Shown in pieces: positions 27,424 to 36,016 of a DNA stretch of 54,668 bases. Each line of letters begins with the position of its first letter. The first letter of the stretch is position 1. Source of the DNA: a virus (taxonomy: Duplodnaviria; Caudoviricetes); IMG/VR virus record IMGVR_UViG_3300035181_002389, positions 1 to 54,668 of that record; one strand, 5' to 3'. Both the position numbers and the translations under genes were made by a program. The notes below the pieces were generated by a model. The model saw only the letters and a program-made list of their open reading frames with translations, was not told where the DNA came from and did no database searches.

Positions 27424-28248
27424 TCAATTGCTTTGTCTAGATTTTTCAACCTTTTCTGGATACCAGACAGATGCAACGATGTCGGCAAATCCCAAACATT
27501 GCAAACGCTTAAAAGCATCATCATCAATGACTTTTGCACGGAAAGTATCGATATTGCCTATGAATTTATCAATCTCAAATATTGGACCGCCTTCAACATT
27601 GAAGGCATAAATTGTCAGGTTGGAGCTACCCACACCAGACATAGTCATCATCGGGTGCCCCGGAAGGGCAATTTGACCATCAAAAACACATTTCTGACCG
27701 AATGTAGAATCAATTCCGAACATGCAATGTTTGTCAAATTGACACTGATTCCCAAAGGTGCACAATGCGCCAAATCTGCACCATTGGCTGAAAGAGCATT
27801 CGTCTACAAATTCGCACCAATCACCAAATTGATTCGAGGTGCCGAATCTGCATTGCTTGCTAAAGATGCACTCTCTACTAAATACGCACTTCAATCCAAA
27901 TACGCACGCTTCACCGAACCTGGAAAATTCGTTGAACGAACATGCGTTGCCAAACACACTCTCATGGCCAAAGACACATCCGTCGGCGAATTCGCACCAG
28001 TCACCGAACTTAGAATTCGTGTGGAAAATGCAGCCAGAGCCGAACTTGCAGCAATCGGCGAAAATACAGTTCTGTAAGAACTCACAAAAATCACCAAATA
28101 CAGATTGTTCGCTGAAAACACATCCATCGGCAAATATGTTTTTGCTACCAAAGGCGACAATTGTAGTATAATCGCCAGTTGGGCACTGACGATAGCCGTT
28201 GACAATTGGTAACGCGTCAAAATCTGATTGAGTATATATTTTCATCAT
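27424..28248 (-). CDS. FGxxCx hexapeptide-repeat protein, ~26 repeats
   Basis: Same caps as 13432 and 15413. Confidence 0.85.
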   Translation of the reverse strand: MMKIYTQSDFDALPIVNGYRQCPTGDYTTIVAFGSKNIFADGCVFSEQSVFGDFCEFLQNCIFADCCKFGSGCIFHTNSKFGDWCEFADGCVFGHESVFGNACSFNEFSRFGEACVFGLKCVFSRECIFSKQCRFGTSNQFGDWCEFVDECSFSQWCRFGALCTFGNQCQFDKHCMFGIDSTFGQKCVFDGQIALPGHPMMTMSGVGSSNLTIYAFNVEGGPIFEIDKFIGNIDTFRAKVIDDDAFKRLQCLGFADIVASVWYPEKVEKSRQSN

Positions 28249-28283
28249 GTTCCCCAGTGATGAAGAAGACTGTTCTATTCAGT

Positions 28284-28667
28284 TTAATTAGTCATGCCTG
28301 CGCACTCTTTACAGTTACCGCAATTGGAACAACCGATGCAGATGACACAGTCAGCACAATTGGTACAATTAACACAATTTGTACACTTAACACAGCTAAT
28401 GCAATTTGCGCATTTAGTACAGCCTTCACTGTCAAAGCAGCTGACACAATCATTGCAATCGGTACAGTTTTTACATTCAACACAGCCTATGCAACCATCA
28501 CAATTAACACAGCTAGCACAACCAATGCAATTTTTGCAATCGATACAGTCGATACATTTTGTGCACCCAGCCTCATCAAGAGCTTTACATCTCGTATCAG
28601 CTTCAGTTTGGCTCTCGTAACTAAATGAGCGATTTCCTTTAGAAGAAATACTGGAGAGATAACGCAT
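28284..28667 (-). CDS. Cys-rich CxxCxx repeat protein, copy 3
   Basis: Conserved N-cap plus Cys triplet periodicity. Confidence 0.8.
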   Translation of the reverse strand: MRYLSSISSKGNRSFSYESQTEADTRCKALDEAGCTKCIDCIDCKNCIGCASCVNCDGCIGCVECKNCTDCNDCVSCFDSEGCTKCANCISCVKCTNCVNCTNCADCVICIGCSNCGNCKECAGMTN

Positions 28668-28698
28668 GATGTTTCTTTCGATGTTTACAACAACTAGT

Positions 28699-29055
28699 TT
28701 ATTTTACGTTGTTAGTGCAGAATGAACAGTCAACACAATTAATGGATTCAAGGCAATTATTGCAATTTTTACAATTGATACAGTTTTTGCATTGAGAACA
28801 ATCAGTGCAGTGGATGCAACCAAAACAATCAGTACATCCAACACATTTCTTAGAATTACTGACATCAACACAATCTACACAACCAGCACAATTAAAGCAG
28901 CCTACGCAACCAGTGCAATTTTTACAATTGATGCAATTGAAGCAATTGACACACCCAGCGTCATCAAGTGCTTTACAAAGCATATCAGCATCTTCTTGTG
29001 ATTTAAGACTGGTTGAACAGTTGCCATTTTTAGAAACAGCAGAAATATAGTACAT
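28699..29055 (-). CDS. Cys-rich CxxCxx repeat protein, copy 4
   Basis: Same architecture; begins 27 nt after the tRNA 3' end. Confidence 0.8.
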   Translation of the reverse strand: MYYISAVSKNGNCSTSLKSQEDADMLCKALDDAGCVNCFNCINCKNCTGCVGCFNCAGCVDCVDVSNSKKCVGCTDCFGCIHCTDCSQCKNCINCKNCNNCLESINCVDCSFCTNNVK

Positions 29056-29082
29056 AGTGCATCCTTCTTAAAGTGAAATGAG

Positions 29083-29158
29083 TGGTTCCACCTGCAGGAT
29101 TCGAACCTGCAACCTGTCGCTTATAAGGCAACTGCTCTACCAATTGAGCTAAGGTGGC
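29083..29158 (-). tRNA. tRNA-Ile(UAU)
   Basis: 76-nt cloverleaf differing from the 24006 copy at three positions; loop CTTATAA; G1-A72 mismatch; encoded CCA. Confidence 0.9.
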
Positions 29159-29166
29159 GTATATAC

Positions 29167-29233
29167 TGGGTCTTTAGCTTGGATTCAAACCAAGAACTTA
29201 CAACTTATGTTGTCATTACTTTTCCTTTTAAGC
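29167..29233 (-). pseudogene. tRNA remnant
   Basis: D-arm-like GCTTAAAAGGAAAAGT, T-arm CTTGG-TTTGAAT-CCAAG and terminal CCA; no matching 5' acceptor strand. Confidence 0.45.
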
Positions 29234-29563
29234 ATTTGAGAGAATGAGATTATCAACTTCTTGATCGAGAGCATCGAATGAATAAAAATCAAGGATGCCA
29301 TGATCAAGGGATACATATTCAAGACAACAAATATTGCCATCGCTGAGAAAACGATATCGTGCAGCATCTGTTTCTAGATCGCGCGAACGATCACTAACAA
29401 AATCCATATGTCTAATATTGATATCAACCTCATCATCAAGGTCAACACCATCAGAAAAGACTAGCTCATTTTCAAGCAAGCCGTACTCAAGGCAGCTGAG
29501 ACCACCCTCGCGAAGAAATTGATAACGGGTGGCATCTTTTTTAGTCTTATAATCGATGACCAT
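29228..29563 (-). CDS. DxxRYxFL-motif protein with two internal repeats
   Basis: DATRYQFLREG...LDDEVD and DAARYRFLSDG...LDQEVD. Confidence 0.7.
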   Translation of the reverse strand: MVIDYKTKKDATRYQFLREGGLSCLEYGLLENELVFSDGVDLDDEVDINIRHMDFVSDRSRDLETDAARYRFLSDGNICCLEYVSLDHGILDFYSFDALDQEVDNLILSNA

Positions 29564-29580
29564 GATATATACTTCCTTGT

Positions 29581-30132
29581 TTAGACTTGTGCTGCGATTT
29601 TGCTTACAGCATCCAAAAGCGCTCGGCGAACCTCTTCACGCATTGGTTCCATGTTACACTGAATTGGAAATTCATTCAATAGATTTACTAGCCATGTCTT
29701 GATACGGACAGAGCCTTCTTTTGCCTCATTGAGATCCTTGAGATGAGAATCAGTTTCAAAATTTTCGTATAGTATCGCGCAGCACTTAACTTGATCTGAG
29801 ATTTTCGCATAATCATCACTGAGCGCCTCTACCAGATTGCATAGACTGACGGCAACCTCTTCAGGGGAAGAGCGATAGTATCCTTCAGGCTTTTCGATAA
29901 TGAACTGTTTCCCATTTATACGATGATACTTCTTAATAGCATCACAATCGATAATAGAGTCAGCGCACATTTCCATATCAATGCCATCGAACATGTGCGT
30001 AACCCAATCCAATGCTTCCTGATAATTGGCAGCATGAATTTCAAAAGTATATGAATCTCGCCCAATGAGAGTTTTTGTCTTAGGTCCAAGAAAATTACGC
30101 AACTTAACTTGATATGTCTTTGGGTTCATCAT
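29581..30132 (-). CDS. Family C (FEIHA/PEGYYR) protein
   Basis: Intact copy; promoter TTGATA/TATAAT at 30163-30190. Confidence 0.8.
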   Translation of the reverse strand: MMNPKTYQVKLRNFLGPKTKTLIGRDSYTFEIHAANYQEALDWVTHMFDGIDMEMCADSIIDCDAIKKYHRINGKQFIIEKPEGYYRSSPEEVAVSLCNLVEALSDDYAKISDQVKCCAILYENFETDSHLKDLNEAKEGSVRIKTWLVNLLNEFPIQCNMEPMREEVRRALLDAVSKIAAQV

Positions 30133-30244
30133 TTTCCTTTCACAATTTTTATTGTTGGGTATATTATAACATGTTCTAGCAAAATATCAAACAATCGTAC
30201 ATGTTGCAAAGTTGCTTACAGATGATTCCTATCCGTTGACATCA

Positions 30245-30715
30245 TCATTTTGAATAATCATCAACGTCATGATTCATGTGATATGTCAATCCACTAGACC
30301 GAGTATAACTAGTGCACCATGTACAGTCTTCACATTCTTCGCAATCATCGCAATTGAAGCAAGCTTTGCATTCGTTGCAAGCAGTACAGCCAGCACACTG
30401 CACGCAATTGATGCAATTGATGCAGTCAGTACAGTCTGTGCAAACTTTGCATTCGTTACCGGTGGAGCAGACTTTACAATCTGTACAATCGATACAATCT
30501 GTACAATCGATACAATCAGTACAGTGGGTGCAATTTGTGCAATCAACACATCCAACGCAGCCTACACAGTGGCTGCAATTGATGCATTCGACACAACCGA
30601 AACAGTTTACACAGTTGGCTTCATCTAGTTCTTTGCAACGCGCATCAGCCTCTGCCTGTGACACGTAGCTCCACGAGTGATTTCCTTTAGGCGAAACTTC
30701 AGACACGTAATACAT
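30245..30715 (-). CDS. Cys-rich CxxCxx repeat protein, copy 5
   Basis: Conserved N-cap; internal 18-bp tandem DNA repeats encode CTDCID. Confidence 0.8.
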   Translation of the reverse strand: MYYVSEVSPKGNHSWSYVSQAEADARCKELDEANCVNCFGCVECINCSHCVGCVGCVDCTNCTHCTDCIDCTDCIDCTDCKVCSTGNECKVCTDCTDCINCINCVQCAGCTACNECKACFNCDDCEECEDCTWCTSYTRSSGLTYHMNHDVDDYSK

Positions 30716-30784
30716 AATACTTTCACCTTATAAGAACAAAGCTCCAATTGACTAGGGCTAAAGCGATGTCATTGTCAAGTTATT

Positions 30785-30860
30785 TGGCCTCTTGGCTTGG
30801 ATTCGAACCTGCGACCGATCGATTATGAGTCGACTGCTCTAACCACTGAGCTAAGGCAGC
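30785..30860 (-). pseudogene. Pseudo/chimeric tRNA-Ile2(CAU)
   Basis: D and anticodon arms intact (GTCGA-CTCATAA-TCGAT) and ileX-like, but the 3' T-stem and acceptor strand (CCAAGCCAAGAGGCCA) do not pair with the 5' part. Confidence 0.7.
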
Positions 30861-30956
30861 GAATGAGTTGACGCATTGGCTTGGAATCGAATCAAGAGTC
30901 TAGGCCAATTGATATACCGAGGTAGGCTTCAAAAGTCTTTTTCTTTTCAAGAATGT

Positions 30957-31253
30957 TCACATCACGTGAAGTAATAATACCGGTTTGACCAGGTGCGATC
31001 TCTCAAACTTCTTGGCCCATAGCAAAATTGGTCTTGTCTTCGGCAGGTACATGAGATGCAACCCCTCATCAATATCGATGAGGTAGTCATCAATGAACAC
31101 CGACTCTGGAATGGTAGAGCCGTCGCCCTTCGGTTGAATGGCAATCTGACGAGTGCCATTCATATGCTCCATGATCTGCAATGTTGTGCCTTTCAAACAA
31201 GTCACAACATCCTAGACATTGTTGCCGAGGTTGATTACCTTCTTGTCAGACAT
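30957..31253 (-). pseudogene. Decayed KOW/SH3-like phage gene
   Basis: MSDKKVINLGNNV*DVVTCLKGT...EHMNGTRQIAIQP with TAG at 31212-31214; a second similar repeat continues in another frame with a TGA. Confidence 0.55.
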
Positions 31254-31261
31254 GATTTCTC

Positions 31262-31519
31262 TTAGCTGACAAACAAATTAGAATAGACAGCTTTGATTTC
31301 ACCCATGATGAAGGCTTCAGTACCAAAGTCAGGACCATAGTACCACTCTTTCAGGAACTTGATGATGTCAGTACTGTTGCCTTGTACAGAGTACAGCGGG
31401 TTCCCGCCAGCAGGACCATTTTCAGTGATCAACATAAGCTCAATACCGTATTGCAGCTCAAGTTCAACTTCAGCTTCACGGGACAGGACGTTGATAATAT
31501 CCAGTTCGATCGTTGCCAT
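31262..31519 (-). CDS. Hypothetical protein (GPAGGNP motif)
   Basis: First gene after the GTTTACA-17-TATAAT promoter at 31555-31584. Confidence 0.7.
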   Translation of the reverse strand: MATIELDIINVLSREAEVELELQYGIELMLITENGPAGGNPLYSVQGNSTDIIKFLKEWYYGPDFGTEAFIMGEIKAVYSNLFVS

Positions 31520-32031
31520 GATACAGCCTTTATGTGTTGGTTGATGATAGAATAATTATACCACAACAATCCTACCTTGTAAACATATTTGTCTACTTTT
31601 TACGGCTCACCTACAAGTCCATGCCACTGAGCGGCATGCGTGATGTCATCATGAGCCAGTGGTATAATCCTTGTTGCTTTGATTGATCACATGCTCAGCT
31701 TCACGTACCGCTTAGACATTTCTGCATTCTTCTCGAAATATTGATTCTTCATTATTTTACCTCATCACCTTTTAACATTTATAAAATACAAAATTCATCA
31801 GTGTTTTAAACGTTATTAAACATTTTCGTCAGGCAACCGTGTTTCTTATGGTGTTATAGATTAGTAGTGATATCAGAAGCAATCAAAGATTTTCATTATA
31901 TGAACATAATTTTATACACACTCAACGCGCATACACAGTTAAATACAATTGATTTATTCAAAGTATATCCAAATGTGGTCAGGTTTGATGCAGGTTAAAT
32001 ATAGAAGTACCTGATAATAGGAGATCACATA

Positions 32032-32493
32032 GTGGCAAAAAAGAAAATACCAGAATTAAAAGTAGAATATATCAAAGATCGTGGAAATTTGTTATACTTA
32101 GCACTGCTCGAATACAAGCGTGAGATTTATCTTTGTATCATTGATAACATGTCACCAGATGAAATAGGAGCGTATGTTCTTGATTATGCTGAACAGGAGA
32201 ACATTCCAATTAGAGAGTTCTTAAGCGCAGTTACACTGTGGTTTTACAAATCTTCAGAAAAACACCCGCTAAGTGTTGAACTTGCAAGATTAGGTCTTAC
32301 AGAAGCACTCGCACCTATCTATAAGATCTTTGATACCACTTACGTGTCACGTATTGTAGGCAATGCATTTTCTTATGAAGGATTATCTAAGAGCAAAGTA
32401 AAACGCCGACGAGTAATACCTATTCCAGAAGGCATCCCTATTAAGCTCAAGAAGTTAGAAGCCCATACAGAGACTTCAACTCCTTCAACTTAA
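32032..32493 (+). CDS. Conserved jumbo-phage hypothetical protein
   Basis: AGGAG RBS, GTG start, TAAATA upstream; basic C-terminal KVKRRR. Confidence 0.75.
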   Translation: MAKKKIPELKVEYIKDRGNLLYLALLEYKREIYLCIIDNMSPDEIGAYVLDYAEQENIPIREFLSAVTLWFYKSSEKHPLSVELARLGLTEALAPIYKIFDTTYVSRIVGNAFSYEGLSKSKVKRRRVIPIPEGIPIKLKKLEAHTETSTPST

Positions 32494-33520
32494 ACTCTTC
32501 GAATTTTTTCTCAAGTTCGGGAGTTCGTTGTTGTAATACTGAGTTTGCAATAGCGTCATCTACTTTTGAAAACTTAGCGTTAAGATATGATGTTGCTTCA
32601 TCAAGTTGAACTTCACCATTCTTAACCGCTTTTAAGAATGCTGCATTTGGTCGAGGGAACGTAAGTGTTCCCTCTTTTGACAGTTCTAAAATTTGTTCAG
32701 TGATTCTTATCGCGTGGCTTAAAGCCTTCCAGTCAATTCCTTCTCCGTCAAATTGCTTAACACGTTCTCCATATGTATGAAGTGTCTTTGTTAATGAGTT
32801 GAACACTGAAAGCCATGAGCTAGTCAATGGAAATTTCTTTCCAACAACCTCTATTGCAGGAGTTGTCTCTTTTCCCCCTCTAACATTTAGCACTTCAACC
32901 ATGTTGACGTGCGGGAGTGTTAGCACCTTACTAAGCAAATCAGAATGAAAGACAGAATTTAACTGTGTATTACTCATCTTTAATTCGGTAGATAAGTTAC
33001 CAAAATTAAACCTTTCAAAATGCTCATTAACAATGTTAAGAAATGTCTTTAACGATGTAAAGCGCTCAGTCTTCACCCCGTACATTTGCGATTGTGTTAC
33101 GGCATACCCAACCATCTTCTTAACATTGCTTGTCAAGAATTGCTGTACTAGATCAGCCATCAGACGTTGCTGATATTTAAAGTGCTCGCTCTTATCTCCA
33201 TCATGTTCAGGAACATCATGCAGCCCTTGCACAACAGCGAACGCAACTTCTAATGCATAGGTTTGCCCATTAAAGAAGTCATCAAAGAAAACCTGAAGTG
33301 GTATGTATTCTGTTTCTGTTTCTCCAGATAACATCTTATCACCGTCTTTTAGATGATCCGGTCTTTCCTTTCGAATGCTGATTTTCTTATTCAAAAGCAG
33401 ATCATCTAGTTTTGGAAGAACCACTGCCTTATAATCATAATCCGAAGTTGGTCCTGCTGTTCCATACAAATGGGATCCAAAAGGAACTCTAAAAAGTATA
33501 ATTTCATTATGCACGCTCAT
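32447..33520 (-). CDS. Pol-beta superfamily nucleotidyltransferase (T4 NrdC.11/RlaP-like)
   Basis: FGSHLYGT...SDYDYK (GS plus DxD) and DWKALSHAIR...LTFPRP motifs. Confidence 0.85.
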   Translation of the reverse strand: MSVHNEIILFRVPFGSHLYGTAGPTSDYDYKAVVLPKLDDLLLNKKISIRKERPDHLKDGDKMLSGETETEYIPLQVFFDDFFNGQTYALEVAFAVVQGLHDVPEHDGDKSEHFKYQQRLMADLVQQFLTSNVKKMVGYAVTQSQMYGVKTERFTSLKTFLNIVNEHFERFNFGNLSTELKMSNTQLNSVFHSDLLSKVLTLPHVNMVEVLNVRGGKETTPAIEVVGKKFPLTSSWLSVFNSLTKTLHTYGERVKQFDGEGIDWKALSHAIRITEQILELSKEGTLTFPRPNAAFLKAVKNGEVQLDEATSYLNAKFSKVDDAIANSVLQQRTPELEKKFEEFKLKELKSLYGLLTS

Positions 33521-33729
33521 CTTTTATCCTTTAAAACATTTTCAACCATTGTGTTATTATATCATAAATCTATTCATGCAAAATCACACCATCAAACTGC
33601 ATAACCAGTTGTTCAAGTGCAGATTTACCCATCAGTGTATCATGAACTGTGTCACCAACAAAAATTGTTTTATGATAAAAACCTTGTATACATGTCAGAT
33701 GAATTTTTATTTTCTCAGAATGGGGATGT

Positions 33730-34299
33730 CTAAAGAACACCAGCTTGAATAAGCAAAAGTTGCAATTTTATTACAAGCGCGTAAGCAATGGCGTGAGACT
33801 TTTTGAATGAGTAACCATTCTCATCCTTCGCGTAAAGAATTCTACGAGTAGCTTCCTTCTGTGAAAGATAGAGCTTAATGAGCTTCTTTTTGCCGGGTCG
33901 AATTAGTGCCAAAACATCTGCTAATTCTTCAATGCTACGTGGTTTTACGGCATCAAGAACATCCCCATGATTTGATAATTGAAACAGTTTCTTTTGCTCT
34001 TGAGGAACTAGCAGCAACCCCCAATCTGGCTCTATTTCAACAAGTTCTTCTATTTCAGCTCTTGATTTGAAATAATCATAAACACTTAAGTGAAGAAAAT
34101 CGATCTTTAGGTACCCAAGGTCTTCTGCCTTGTCATAAGGAATAGCAGCCAATCCGGTTAAAGGATCAACTGGAATCTGCTGAGGATAAACCCCGCATGG
34201 ATGTGGCGTCAAAGCTCCATTCTTGACAACGCTTGCTTTAGTCCATGGAAAAAATTTCTCAGGCTTAAATGATGTGGTCGTATCAACGTCAACGTCCAT
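33730..34299 (-). CDS. dnaE: DNA polymerase III alpha-like protein, catalytic (C-terminal) piece
   Basis: MDVDVD (= PDIDxD), PHPCGVY, GYLKIDFL, FQL, LALIRPG, YSFKKSHAIAYA. Confidence 0.85.
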   Translation of the reverse strand: MDVDVDTTTSFKPEKFFPWTKASVVKNGALTPHPCGVYPQQIPVDPLTGLAAIPYDKAEDLGYLKIDFLHLSVYDYFKSRAEIEELVEIEPDWGLLLVPQEQKKLFQLSNHGDVLDAVKPRSIEELADVLALIRPGKKKLIKLYLSQKEATRRILYAKDENGYSFKKSHAIAYALVIKLQLLLIQAGVL

Positions 34300-35090
34300 T
34301 ACAGTCCCATCTCTTTTGCTATGTGTTTCACATTTTCAACCGTAGCACGCTCCTTGTTGAAACGATCTGCCCAGTACGCGGAGTTTACCACATTATTAAA
34401 CGCTTTCAGTTGAGAAGCGTCTAAAGTTTTCAAGAACCTTCCAAAAGAAGCAGAGCAAAACAACAACCAAGGTGACAACCGTCTCTGACGAATAAGAGAA
34501 AGAACTTGTTGTGGTCCAAGGTGTGTAAACACTTCTGACAATTTTACATTGTCCTTTTCACATATGTCAAGAAGATAGTTGATAGAGTCCTGCACTTGAT
34601 CTAATGGATCAGAAATCTTGTCAGCCCAATCCAAGTACAGCGCGTAAGCAGAATCACGACACCACAGCACTGGGAGAATGTCTGCTTCTACCATCAATTG
34701 AATATATTTTTCTGGTTTACTTATATTTGCATCAGCAACAAGCTGTGCAAAATTAATGAATGACCTGTAGTACTTTGATTCCAAAAAGGCAGCTGAGGAT
34801 GGTTGTGAGTATCGTTTTTGGCGCATCCACTCGCGGTACAAACTATAGGCAGATTGCCCAAGTGGGCTTAGAAGTTCCTGGGCGCGGCGCCTTGGTTCAC
34901 AGTGATGTTTCATGAAGGTCGTCTCGTTTCCGAACCTTCTAGAACAGTAGTGACAATACCAGTTACCAACCTTTCCTAAGTTGATTTCAGCCTGTTCAAG
35001 CGGAACGCGCCGAGCTGCAATCTCCTCAGGATTAAGAAGAGCAGGCTTCTTTTTCAAGGAGTCTTGAGGCAATGACTTCAATTGCTTCAC
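34299..35090 (-). CDS. C2H2 zinc-finger conserved replication-region protein
   Basis: CHYC...FMKHHCEPRRR; start uncertain (35168 ATG, 35090 GTG or a downstream TTG); stop overlaps the dnaE start. Confidence 0.7.
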   Translation of the reverse strand: MKQLKSLPQDSLKKKPALLNPEEIAARRVPLEQAEINLGKVGNWYCHYCSRRFGNETTFMKHHCEPRRRAQELLSPLGQSAYSLYREWMRQKRYSQPSSAAFLESKYYRSFINFAQLVADANISKPEKYIQLMVEADILPVLWCRDSAYALYLDWADKISDPLDQVQDSINYLLDICEKDNVKLSEVFTHLGPQQVLSLIRQRRLSPWLLFCSASFGRFLKTLDASQLKAFNNVVNSAYWADRFNKERATVENVKHIAKEMGL

Positions 35091-35607
35091 CTTCCCATTT
35101 CCATCCTGGCTGTGTAGGTTCTCCAAGTGTGCGGAAGAATTTGATAAAATCTCTGATGTAGTGCTCATCGATGTACTCTGTATTTACAGTTGCTTTAACC
35201 CCAACCGCAACCGAACCATAATCCTTGATTTCAATCCTAGGGGTAATTATTGAAGGTGTATTACAAAGCTCGCGGAGTATCTTATTACACCTTGTAGCCG
35301 CTGTTTGGTACTGATCTCTAAGTTCTTTAGTATTAGGTCCAGTTGATGGTGGAAAATTTGCCATTTCCCACGCTTTCTCACTATTAATCTCATATGCTTC
35401 AAATTCTGCGGTTACCATTGCTACAGCAAAGTACCGTTTTAATTTGGAATGGAAGAAACGAAAATCAACCCATACCCATGGGCACTCAGGCTCATACACA
35501 TGATTGCAATAAAAATCACCACCATATGCGCACTCAGGATATTTACGCATAAGATTCTTAGCATCTATCCATCTCTTTTTACGTTGCTTACGATTCACTT
35601 CACGCAT
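35032..35607 (-). CDS. Hypothetical protein
   Basis: ORF track; -10 element near 35670. Confidence 0.6.
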   Translation of the reverse strand: MREVNRKQRKKRWIDAKNLMRKYPECAYGGDFYCNHVYEPECPWVWVDFRFFHSKLKRYFAVAMVTAEFEAYEINSEKAWEMANFPPSTGPNTKELRDQYQTAATRCNKILRELCNTPSIITPRIEIKDYGSVAVGVKATVNTEYIDEHYIRDFIKFFRTLGEPTQPGWKWEGEAIEVIASRLLEKEACSS

Positions 35608-35692
35608 TTTTGTTTTATATGTTTTATATGTTTGACATATTTTCTAATAGCACATTATGTTTTTAGAAATTATATCACATTAATTAAACGCA

Positions 35693-36016
35693 TTATACAA
35701 GCGCCTCTACATCATCCAGTGGTAAAATTCGAATTTTACCACCAGCTTTTACAATTTCTTTCTCATAAAATGTTAGCGCTCCAGACATCAAGTCTGTCAT
35801 ACCATATTCATCTTTTTTACATACGTAGTGACTTCCACTAACATTATCAAAATGAAAAACGTTTTGATTTTCCTTTGTAACTTTGACAATACCAGAGCTA
35901 AGCTTCCAAGAATTACTGGTATAATACCCTCCGTACCAGCCAGCTAGTACCTTCTTTGATTGTTTATTATCTAACAGCTGTTCAATAATAACCCAATGAT
36001 CAGGAAAATTAACCAT
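35693..36016 (-). CDS. Conserved phage hypothetical protein
   Basis: PDHWVII...KVLAGWYGGY...SWKLSSGI motif. Confidence 0.7.
   Translation of the reverse strand: MVNFPDHWVIIEQLLDNKQSKKVLAGWYGGYYTSNSWKLSSGIVKVTKENQNVFHFDNVSGSHYVCKKDEYGMTDLMSGALTFYEKEIVKAGGKIRILPLDDVEALV

Noticed and set aside
24006-29158. tRNA repeats as attL/attR of an integrated element
   Set aside because: Both are full-length copies with substitutions, no integrase is present, and the flanking genes are duplicated too, which fits segmental duplication.
13778-30668. Many plus-strand ORFs rich in Q/S/H/K or A/V/T (for example 13778, 23457, 27433, 28294, 30312)
   Set aside because: They are antisense shadows of the periodic Cys/Phe repeat genes.
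6239-30715. Diversity-generating retroelement behind the paralog variation
   Set aside because: No reverse transcriptase in the window and no template/variable repeat pair with adenine-only differences was seen.
24843-31214. Stop-codon recoding or selenocysteine suggested by in-frame TGA/TAG
   Set aside because: The TGA aligns with Arg rather than Cys, the interrupting stops are of different types, core genes are intact in code 11 and use TGA/TAA as real stops, and no suppressor tRNA is present.
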